Source: a virus (Duplodnaviria; Caudoviricetes). From it: DNA of 64,000 nt. Shown here one piece after another: positions 53,344 through 61,657 of this stretch. Where the stretch lies: positions 1-64,000 of the IMG/VR virus record IMGVR_UViG_2974632701_000001; one strand, written 5' to 3'. Every line of letters begins with the position of its first letter. Position 1 is the first letter of the stretch. The position numbers and the translations under genes are program-made. Below the pieces are notes generated by a model that saw nothing but the letters and a program-made list of their open reading frames with translations, had not been told where the DNA came from and made no database searches.

Positions 53344-56091
53344 TCAGTTCCTCGGCAATGTTTTGGCTACATCCACATAGTCGTATACCATTGAGTGGGT
53401 TAGTTCCACAATGTCACTTCCGGTCATCGTGGTTCTGCGGATGTACTCATCAGCAGTTTCAGGAAGATAACTCCCACCACTGCCACGTCCATTGCCTGAC
53501 CCTTCTGTAAGGAATAACGGATTAAAATTCAAACCGTTTCCACCACCAAGATCAGCAATTAGGTCGTTAATATAGTCCATCCGTTCTTCATACTCATTTC
53601 GATCTGCTTCCAGATCCCCTTGCATCTCTGCAATGTCACCCTGAACCCAGCCAGCGTAACCATTGGCAACAGCATTCCCAAGGCCCAGAAGACCTTCTGC
53701 ACTGAAAAGGTTGGTTCCAGAAATTGCTGCACCCAGAGCGAAACCAGCGATAGCAGCAAACAAAGCACCCCATTTCTCTCCGAAGAGAGCCGTACCAACA
53801 ACCTTCAGAACTTCAGCAATGATGATCGAAGCGATGTAGTTTGCCACCACACCAGCAACCAAGGCAGCCGTACCTGTCAAACCTAATGCTGTACCAATGG
53901 CCAAGTTACCACCGAGCACACCACCCCCTGCTGCAAATGCACCGGGGAAAACAATCACAGCTACGATGATCACCAAAATCACCAGAAGGATCTTAAAGAT
54001 ACCTCTCTGATACCACCGTTGTTTTGTGATCGTATAGCTGTTGAACAGAATGAAAGCATTGGCTGTAGACATCTGAGTGTAGTCCACAATCCCCATTTCC
54101 AACATGGTTGGATAATGGAGTGGAATCAAAAAACCAGATTCTTCGTTGTCTTCCAGAGCTTCTTTGGAAGTAATGACAACAGCTTTCCCACCATAGACAT
54201 AGTTGTAATGAACCAGTCCCCAAATGGTCATCACTCGATAGGTATTATCAGAAGTCTGCCAATAGATCTGCATTGACGGAATGGTACTTGTCACCAGTCG
54301 TTCAATTTCTCCATCTCGATTGTTATAGCTTTCACGACGTTGCCATGTGAAATCTGAACCATTACGAAAAACGATGTCGTCTTTCTTTGCAGGCTGAAAA
54401 CCAGCAGTCACAAGGTCAATATCAAATTGCCCAGTGAACTGTTCAATCTCTGCATGAACCCAAACCAATCGAAGATCAAAGCCCAATTCAGCTTCATTCA
54501 GTCGAATGGTATTAGATGGAGGTACAGGAAGAGCAGGCAATTGAGGACGAGGTGGGATATCCCCATAGTTTCCACCTTCTCCAGCACTGGCTACTTCAGC
54601 TTCCCATGCACGTAGAGCAGCAAGGGCTGCATCATATGCTGCAACCTGATCTTGAAAGTTAGTCATAGCACTGCCTGATCCACCTTGTTGGAAAGGCAGA
54701 ATTCGTTCAAAGAAATTGAACACATACCGACGACAGGCTTTTTCTTTCACATTCAGTGAGACTCCAAAGCACAAATAGGCATAGTCAATATCATCAATGC
54801 TTTGATTCTCTTCGACAGTATCAATCAAAGAGCCAATAGACTTCTGATAACCAAACCCACGTTTGTAGGCTTTGGCCATTTCATCATACAGTCCATTCCC
54901 TGTAGTCGAATCGTAGATTGGATCTTTCAAAGACACGTTGTTGATTCGCAAAGGCATGAATGGGTAGAATTCTTGTTGAAGGCCAGAGACATCAACATCT
55001 CCAACCAATCCATCCAGCACAGCATTTCCTGTTCCAACTTGATAAATGAACATCTGTTCAGGTCCGTATTGGTTTCCCTCATACAGAGCCTGAGTATCCA
55101 AACGAGTTGAATATGATTCAGCAATCTGCTGACCAGTCGTTGTCTCTGTTCTGGTTTCAATAACTCCACCACCCAATGGAGTATTGGTCACAACCACATT
55201 GGTAAAACCACTCACAATGGAATGAGTTTCAGTTACGCTTCGAATCTGACGTTCACCTTCAACCTCAATCCCAGATGAGCCAACATAGATCTCACGTTCA
55301 TACGTAAAATTCCCATCTGGCAGTTCTGCTGAAACAGAAGCATCGACGGTATCTTCAACCGTCACATCTGGATCCCCATTGTTGTAGCTCAGGACAGTTG
55401 TCCTTGAGCGAACCAAGGTAACAGGATCAAAGGTGTCATCTGCTGCGGTCTGAGTCCATCCAGTGACATCAGGATGCACAGTGACAGTCTCAATCGTTCC
55501 TGTGACCACTGGACCTTCTGAGGACTCCAGATACTCAACGTACTTTCCCACGACATAGCGATTGTTCGGACTGTACACTGGAGCATCAGTGTTGAGCCAT
55601 GAGAAGAAATCGTTGTTGGGGAACTCCACTGAAAAGGTGTTTGTGCTTGGTTCATATTCCCCAAGCCAATCCTCACCGATTCGAGTTGGATGATTCAGAA
55701 GAATCCACCGTTCCAACCAAGCCTCAAAATCCCCATCAGTCACTTCTGCTGCAAAGCAACGAAGAGTCATTCCTGCTGGTGCAGGAGGAACTGCTGATGG
55801 AGGAATCTGACCTTGGACCACATTGGTATCCAGAGGTACAGTGTTCACAATGGTTGCAGTTGGCAAACCACGGATATCTTCCCGATCACAGTATTTGAAG
55901 AACTGACGTTGCTTCAGTCCGGGACCACCCATGTAGGCTTTTGAGATATCATCTGCGATAGACGGACTGTTTGAGATCACAGATCCAAAGACTGTTCCCT
56001 TCAAGAAATCAGGACGGTCGTTCTCATCCCCTGCCATATTGTACAGGGTTGAAGACACGTTGATGATTTTCTTTGTAGAGAACAGTCCCAT
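53344..56091 (-). CDS. Virion protein (N4 gp53-like)
   Basis: 915 aa; MGLFS..K.I.VSS N-terminus, GFLIPLHY, C-terminal TM block after WYQRGIFK. Confidence 0.8.
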   Translation of the reverse strand: MGLFSTKKIINVSSTLYNMAGDENDRPDFLKGTVFGSVISNSPSIADDISKAYMGGPGLKQRQFFKYCDREDIRGLPTATIVNTVPLDTNVVQGQIPPSAVPPAPAGMTLRCFAAEVTDGDFEAWLERWILLNHPTRIGEDWLGEYEPSTNTFSVEFPNNDFFSWLNTDAPVYSPNNRYVVGKYVEYLESSEGPVVTGTIETVTVHPDVTGWTQTAADDTFDPVTLVRSRTTVLSYNNGDPDVTVEDTVDASVSAELPDGNFTYEREIYVGSSGIEVEGERQIRSVTETHSIVSGFTNVVVTNTPLGGGVIETRTETTTGQQIAESYSTRLDTQALYEGNQYGPEQMFIYQVGTGNAVLDGLVGDVDVSGLQQEFYPFMPLRINNVSLKDPIYDSTTGNGLYDEMAKAYKRGFGYQKSIGSLIDTVEENQSIDDIDYAYLCFGVSLNVKEKACRRYVFNFFERILPFQQGGSGSAMTNFQDQVAAYDAALAALRAWEAEVASAGEGGNYGDIPPRPQLPALPVPPSNTIRLNEAELGFDLRLVWVHAEIEQFTGQFDIDLVTAGFQPAKKDDIVFRNGSDFTWQRRESYNNRDGEIERLVTSTIPSMQIYWQTSDNTYRVMTIWGLVHYNYVYGGKAVVITSKEALEDNEESGFLIPLHYPTMLEMGIVDYTQMSTANAFILFNSYTITKQRWYQRGIFKILLVILVIIVAVIVFPGAFAAGGGVLGGNLAIGTALGLTGTAALVAGVVANYIASIIIAEVLKVVGTALFGEKWGALFAAIAGFALGAAISGTNLFSAEGLLGLGNAVANGYAGWVQGDIAEMQGDLEADRNEYEERMDYINDLIADLGGGNGLNFNPLFLTEGSGNGRGSGGSYLPETADEYIRRTTMTGSDIVELTHSMVYDYVDVAKTLPRN

Positions 56092-56103
56092 AGATCGTTC
56101 TCC

Positions 56104-57456
56104 TTACAGGCCATTGTTAGTGCGGATTGCTCCCAGAACATCACCCACAGCGTCCACTTCAAACTCGATAGCCGGAGGCACAGCATCATCCAGAGTTTTC
56201 CGGGTGATCCACGTATCCAAGAACAGCTTACCTGCTTTGTGCTGGGCATCTTTGATGAAGCTGTCGATCTGCTGATCGTACAGGTCTTTCTGTTTCCCAA
56301 CAGAACCAACCACAACAGCACCATCTGAACGGTTGTTCAGAGTTTTGGCCCGTTCAGCTTCACCCTGTTCCGTAGTCAGAGTGATCTGCTCTTGGATCAG
56401 GTTAAGCTGCGTAGGCAGAGTGTTGTTCAGGTTGTACTGCTTGATGTTGTAATCAGCAGTAAGGTTCTGTTTCTGAAGCCCAACCACACCTGAAACCGGA
56501 GTGAGACCATCACGACGAGTATCCAGAGTATTGGCACGCTGAGTTTCAATCTGTTCCCGAATGAGATCAGTTTCAGCAGGTTGACGCTGGTTCAGGATGT
56601 GCTGCTGCTGTGCCAGTTCAACTGGTTGCAGCATGTCACGCTTGAAGTCTTCCATATCCGCTTGCGTCGGAATGATCCGATCACGTTGCAGTTTCTGGAT
56701 GTCTTCTTCCAAAGGCTGAAGAACACGGTTCTGGAATTCAGCAATAGCTGCTTGAGCAGGAAGGATACGATCCACCTGAATGTTGTTCATAGCCACAGTC
56801 GAAGGCATCACAGCAGTACGTTCGTAATGCGTGATTGCCAGATCAGCAGGCTGCTGATAATTCCGCTGGAATTGCTTGATAGCAACTTCCGCAGTGACTG
56901 CATCATGATTTGCCTCTTCGGTTGCAATCTGCATCTTCGTCAGAGCATATTGAGCAGCCGTGAGGTTAAGCTGGAAGTTTGCATTCGCAGCTTCAATCTT
57001 GGTTCGTTCCAGATTGATCAGAGCTTCAGTAGCTTGGATCTCAGCAATACGAGCCTGCATCTGTGCAGTGATTGCTTGCCAGCGAGCTTGGTCTTTTTGA
57101 AGAGTAAAGCCAACAGCCTGAGCCATGACCTGATTTGCAACAGCCGTATAGACTTCTGCATACTGGGAACCAGTGATTCGATTCCCTTTGAATTCACGTT
57201 CAAGGTGCTTGTCCATGGCAGTCATGAACACGTCAAATGCACCTGTACCTCCAAGGGATTTATCCCCCAAAGTCACTTCAGCAATCGTAGCACCAATGAC
57301 ATTTTGATACAGAGCAGAGTTGGCATCCGGGGTGAAGTCGTACTTCGGATCAGTGAAGTCAGGAGACGGAGGAATAGTCACCCCCGTCGTAAGAGCATTG
57401 AACAGATTATTCGCCAAACCAGACGAATTATCAGAGTTTACGAATTCATTGGACAT
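56104..57456 (-). CDS. Virion protein (N4 gp54-like) with 15-aa proline-spaced repeats
   Basis: GTGAFDVFM...RITG..YAEVY, GSVGKQKDLYDQQI conserved blocks; synteny. Confidence 0.8.
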   Translation of the reverse strand: MSNEFVNSDNSSGLANNLFNALTTGVTIPPSPDFTDPKYDFTPDANSALYQNVIGATIAEVTLGDKSLGGTGAFDVFMTAMDKHLEREFKGNRITGSQYAEVYTAVANQVMAQAVGFTLQKDQARWQAITAQMQARIAEIQATEALINLERTKIEAANANFQLNLTAAQYALTKMQIATEEANHDAVTAEVAIKQFQRNYQQPADLAITHYERTAVMPSTVAMNNIQVDRILPAQAAIAEFQNRVLQPLEEDIQKLQRDRIIPTQADMEDFKRDMLQPVELAQQQHILNQRQPAETDLIREQIETQRANTLDTRRDGLTPVSGVVGLQKQNLTADYNIKQYNLNNTLPTQLNLIQEQITLTTEQGEAERAKTLNNRSDGAVVVGSVGKQKDLYDQQIDSFIKDAQHKAGKLFLDTWITRKTLDDAVPPAIEFEVDAVGDVLGAIRTNNGL

Positions 57457-57493
57457 TGCTCTCTCCTTTTCTCTTCACCCCGGTATAGACCAC

Positions 57494-58249
57494 TTATTCG
57501 TGGGCGTCGATAGCACCACGAGCCTTCTGGTCTTGAGCCAGACCTGCAATCTCTTCTTTTGTCAGAGGAGGCAGCATCTCGATATTGAACTTTGGCATGA
57601 GAACAGTCTTGTACTGCTTCACACCAAAACTCGACACTTGTCCACGTTGCTTCACTTCTTTTCGCATCGTGTACTTCTCTTCACGAAGAGCATTCAGCAG
57701 GATCTCAGGAATATGGTAGCCATATTCATTCTCTTCACCATACGGAATGTACTTCGACACCTTGCCACAATACTTGTTGTAGACGGTCTTGATAGCACCG
57801 GGAACAGCAGAGTCTTGGGGATCAAGGTTGTGAACTCGAACTCGATGAAGACGCATAGCCTTGGCACGAACTATAGCCCGTTTCTCAACTTCAGTGAGAC
57901 CCGGAGCAGAAGGATTCAGTTGTGCTTGAGCAGTGCGAGGAAGATCCAGAACCGACTTCTTTGCTTTGGGGGCATCAGTCTTTGATTCATTTTGTTTGGC
58001 AGCCAGTGCAGCCATGAGAACAGGATCAGCTTGATCCTCATCTTCGTTTTCATCGTCATCATTCACAGGTTGATTTTCAACCTTTTCCAGCAGAATCGGA
58101 ATCAGCTTCTCTTTCAGAGTACCGACACCTGTATTGCCTGAGAACGGAACTTCCAGTTCATTCGCCACAAACCGAAGCACTTCTTTGTCTTCAGTCGATT
58201 CAACCAGAGCCAGAAGTTCTTCGGGGGTTTTTTTGGTCACATCATCCAT
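57494..58249 (-). CDS. N4 gp55-like protein
   Basis: AMRLHRVRVHNLDP, KYIPYG, PPLTKEEI..LA..Q; synteny. Confidence 0.8.
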   Translation of the reverse strand: MDDVTKKTPEELLALVESTEDKEVLRFVANELEVPFSGNTGVGTLKEKLIPILLEKVENQPVNDDDENEDEDQADPVLMAALAAKQNESKTDAPKAKKSVLDLPRTAQAQLNPSAPGLTEVEKRAIVRAKAMRLHRVRVHNLDPQDSAVPGAIKTVYNKYCGKVSKYIPYGEENEYGYHIPEILLNALREEKYTMRKEVKQRGQVSSFGVKQYKTVLMPKFNIEMLPPLTKEEIAGLAQDQKARGAIDAHE

Positions 58250-58309
58250 TGGGTGTATCCTTTTGAGTTACCATGGTGTTGTTCGCTTAACACAGCCTAA
58301 AAACCAACA

Positions 58310-58341
58310 CAAGAAATGAAAGAGGCACCCGAAGGTGCCTC
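58310..58341 (-). terminator. Intrinsic terminator after the major capsid gene
   Basis: GAGGCACC-UUCG-GGTGCCTC on the minus strand followed by TTTCATTTCTT. Confidence 0.85.
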
Positions 58342-58363
58342 AATCCTTAGTATGAACCTGAGA

Positions 58364-59812
58364 TCACTCAGGGATGGGGCTGTAAGCCACTGCCATACGT
58401 TCCCCACGCAGCTTGATGAAGCCGTAGAAGAACTTGATCGAGGAGAACCCGATCTTGCCGTATGGGTCCGTCCGGTCAGCCGTGCTTTCACCCGGCTTCT
58501 TGACGATGATCCGGAACTTGGCTTTGCCAGAACCAGTCATGCCTTGCAGACCAATCGTAGCAAACGCTTCGTTACCGATGACCAGCAGCGGAGCAACGTC
58601 GTAGCGACCACCAGTTGCCTGATAACCACCGTTGGTGCCTTCAGCAGCACCGACACCCTGCCAACGCATCATCTGCGGAACCACAACGATCCGAAGATGA
58701 GCAGTCGGGATAGCACCGATCTCACCGTTCATGATGGTTGCAGCATCTGCATACTTCTCAACTGGCACGAAATCAGCCCAGTCACTGATCATGATCTGGA
58801 GTTCCGAACCAATGTAAGCGATACGCGAAGCCGAGATCACACGAGTATCCGTCATACGGCTACCCTTGATGATCGTGGTCTTCTTGGGCGTCCGGTTGTC
58901 ATCAAGGATGACTGACAGACGCTTCAGATCGCCAACATCCAGAGCCGTGACTGCACCAGAAGCACCCGAGATGGTGGCAATCGAAGTAGCCACACCCGGA
59001 TAGATCTTCACGTCAGCCGCGTTCAGAAGGTCAGCCTGAAGCAGATCTTCGTAGATCTCGTTTGCACCACGCAGCATTTCACGAGACAGATGCCCGTAAA
59101 GCTCCGAGTCCGTATCGAACATCAGCGAATCTTCAGTCCACTCCATGAAGAAGCCGTGCTCTTGGATTTCACCCTTCCGTTCCAGACGGGTAAAGCCCAC
59201 ACGGTTCACACGACCACCTTGCTCAGTGAGCGTCGGCATCTTGCCCAGAATCGTACCCACGTCACGCGAACCACCGTACAGCGAGCCGTTGTTCTCCTGC
59301 TTCACACCTGCACCAGCAGCAGTGATAGCAGCATCAGCATCGGTTTCGTTGGCATAGTGAACCACGCTGTCAGTCAGCGTAATCAGAGCCAGACCCGAAC
59401 CACCGGAACCATCAGCACCAGCAGTGGCAACGACTTCCGCCGTACCCGTTGCCGAGTTGACGTTATCGTTGATGGCAGCAGCCGCAGCAGCTTTCGAAGC
59501 GTTGGCCACACGAACACCAGTCACTGGGAACGTGACAGTGAACGTACCGGGGACACGAGCAACACCGTTGGCGTCGATACCTTGGTCGTTCACGTTCAGG
59601 TCATCCAGCAGCGGGACGTAGTAGAAGACCTTCAGTTCCTTACCGAAGTTCTTCGGCATGGATTTGGAGTCAGCCAGCGGCGAGAAGTACATCTCTTCCG
59701 CAGCGTCCATCAGGGACTTTCGGTCCCAGTAATGGGTATTGAACTGGGGACCAACCGAACTTTGCGGCGAGCCACCGTCACCCACTTTAGGTGCATTATA
59801 GATCTGAGTCAT
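58364..59812 (-). CDS. Major capsid protein (N4 gp56-like) with about 80-aa insertion
   Basis: YVPLLDD..NDQGID, GGRVNRVGFTR, DPYGKIGFSSIKFFYG. Confidence 0.95.
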   Translation of the reverse strand: MTQIYNAPKVGDGGSPQSSVGPQFNTHYWDRKSLMDAAEEMYFSPLADSKSMPKNFGKELKVFYYVPLLDDLNVNDQGIDANGVARVPGTFTVTFPVTGVRVANASKAAAAAAINDNVNSATGTAEVVATAGADGSGGSGLALITLTDSVVHYANETDADAAITAAGAGVKQENNGSLYGGSRDVGTILGKMPTLTEQGGRVNRVGFTRLERKGEIQEHGFFMEWTEDSLMFDTDSELYGHLSREMLRGANEIYEDLLQADLLNAADVKIYPGVATSIATISGASGAVTALDVGDLKRLSVILDDNRTPKKTTIIKGSRMTDTRVISASRIAYIGSELQIMISDWADFVPVEKYADAATIMNGEIGAIPTAHLRIVVVPQMMRWQGVGAAEGTNGGYQATGGRYDVAPLLVIGNEAFATIGLQGMTGSGKAKFRIIVKKPGESTADRTDPYGKIGFSSIKFFYGFIKLRGERMAVAYSPIPE

Positions 59813-59843
59813 GGTATTTTCCTTTCAGTCTCAGAGTTTCTCA

Positions 59844-61187
59844 TCATTCGGGAGGAGGGAGTTTTGCAAAGTCCTCATCCGACAATTTATCGAAATCAAC
59901 GGCAGGTTTTCCTGTGTTACCCGTTTGTTTCGAAGGAGGAGTCGAAGAAAGATGTGGATTGGCGGCAGGTTTCTTCGGTGGCTGCTGCTTCCTCGCTCCC
60001 GATGCAAGAGGCTGACTCTGGGGTTGGCCACCACGAATGGGTGCCATCGAGCTTCCACCTTGAGCGGGACTTACAGAATTGAAAACACCAGCGTTTTTCA
60101 TTGCTTCACCAACCTGATCGAATGCTTGCAGGAAGGGGACTCCTTGCAGGTATCCAAGAGATTGTTGGTATCTCAATTCTTCAACTACCTTGTCGTACAC
60201 CCCACTCGCTTTGAAACCTTGAAGAGTGCCGATGATACTCGGATCTTCCCGGAGACGAGCTTTGGACTTTGGATCCCAGTCACGATGAATGTGGCTGACC
60301 AGCGCCTGTCCCTCAGGAGTAGTCAATGCCATGTCCAACGCATCCCGGAACTCATTGTCCTGTGGGTTGCCCTGATAGTTCTTCGCCTGATAACCCGAAT
60401 CTTTTTCAACATCAAGATCCATTGGGTCAATTTTGTGACTTTTTAGCAACTGGGTAATTGCAGCTTTGTCACCTTTCGACAGATCAATCAGGAAGTTCAG
60501 TTGATCAGCCTTGTCCAAACCATGATCCTGAAGCATCCGATTCAGTTGTTTCATTGGTTTGATCTCTTGCATACGACGTGAATAGTTCACGCCTTGCTGC
60601 ATGAGACGGATAGCGTCTTCAGGGGAACGAACATGGAAATCTTTTCCATCAGCCTTAAAAGGCGTGGTAACACGTTTGAAGAAACCAATGGCTTCATCAA
60701 CCTGTGCAGTTTCCATACCATCCGGAAGTTTGTAGTACCCAGCTTTGGCAGGAGTTTCTTTGCCTTTGGTTACTTCATCTGTTCCGGCTTTGTCGTCAGC
60801 CTTCCCTTCTTCTTCGGCGTTTGCAGCGGGCTGCTTACCACCTTGTGACTCATCACCTTCGGCTGCGGGTTTTCCTTCTTCACCCATGGGGTCTTTTTGG
60901 CTCTGATCATCGGCTTCTTCTTCCTCGCCAGAGGTGCCGGAAACAGGATCATTGTCGGACTCATCAGACTCACCACCGTCAGGAGATGTGTCAGAGCCGT
61001 CAGTGCTTTGGGCAGCAGGTGCATCATTCGTGACTTGGAAGGCTGCATCGTTTCCTCCATTATTGGAAATCGTTTGTCCAGCAGGAGCATCTCCTGAAAA
61101 CTCAGATTCATCCAGCTTGAGGAAATCTTCGTCAGACATATTGTCGAAATCGACTGGTGTTTTCGGTGCCATGATATTCTCCATCAT
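59844..61187 (-). CDS. N4 gp57-like protein (scaffold/tape-measure-like)
   Basis: MSDEDFLK acidic N-terminus, FKADGK, LMQQGVNYSRRM; synteny. Confidence 0.8.
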   Translation of the reverse strand: MMENIMAPKTPVDFDNMSDEDFLKLDESEFSGDAPAGQTISNNGGNDAAFQVTNDAPAAQSTDGSDTSPDGGESDESDNDPVSGTSGEEEEADDQSQKDPMGEEGKPAAEGDESQGGKQPAANAEEEGKADDKAGTDEVTKGKETPAKAGYYKLPDGMETAQVDEAIGFFKRVTTPFKADGKDFHVRSPEDAIRLMQQGVNYSRRMQEIKPMKQLNRMLQDHGLDKADQLNFLIDLSKGDKAAITQLLKSHKIDPMDLDVEKDSGYQAKNYQGNPQDNEFRDALDMALTTPEGQALVSHIHRDWDPKSKARLREDPSIIGTLQGFKASGVYDKVVEELRYQQSLGYLQGVPFLQAFDQVGEAMKNAGVFNSVSPAQGGSSMAPIRGGQPQSQPLASGARKQQPPKKPAANPHLSSTPPSKQTGNTGKPAVDFDKLSDEDFAKLPPPE

Positions 61188-61220
61188 TGGGCTACGGTTA
61201 GATGTGGCAAAAGCCGAGAA

Positions 61221-61604
61221 TTACTCCCCGGCTTCAGCTTTGATTGCAAGATCACGAGCTTCTTCCAAACCCTGAAGTTCATCTTTGGCCATGTTGCCTT
61301 GTTCGATGATATTCTTCATGTAGTTCCGGAATTCAGCGACAGCACCGATACTCTTCGCACAGTCATTGAAAGTCTTTTCAGTGACTCGACCAGAAGCCAT
61401 CAGTTCAGCATACCGCTGAGGTTCATCGACAAAATAACCAGTCATGACCAGCAGTTTGAAGTCTTCATTCTCAGCCAGACGCTTTGCAGCTTCGTACTTC
61501 GAAATGATGTCAGCGAAATGAGCTTTCGCTTCTTCATACTGTTCATGAGTCAGTTCGATGAACTCAGGTTCTTCAGTCCCCATAGACGCATTATACAGAT
61601 CCAT
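61221..61604 (-). CDS. N4 gp58-like protein
   Basis: 127 aa; L..NEDFK...TGYF..E..R; position between portal and gp57. Confidence 0.75.
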   Translation of the reverse strand: MDLYNASMGTEEPEFIELTHEQYEEAKAHFADIISKYEAAKRLAENEDFKLLVMTGYFVDEPQRYAELMASGRVTEKTFNDCAKSIGAVAEFRNYMKNIIEQGNMAKDELQGLEEARDLAIKAEAGE

Positions 61605-61657
61605 GTTCTTCCTCTCAGCAATTGACTAGGAGCCTGACTTTCAGGCTCCCTTCAGTC

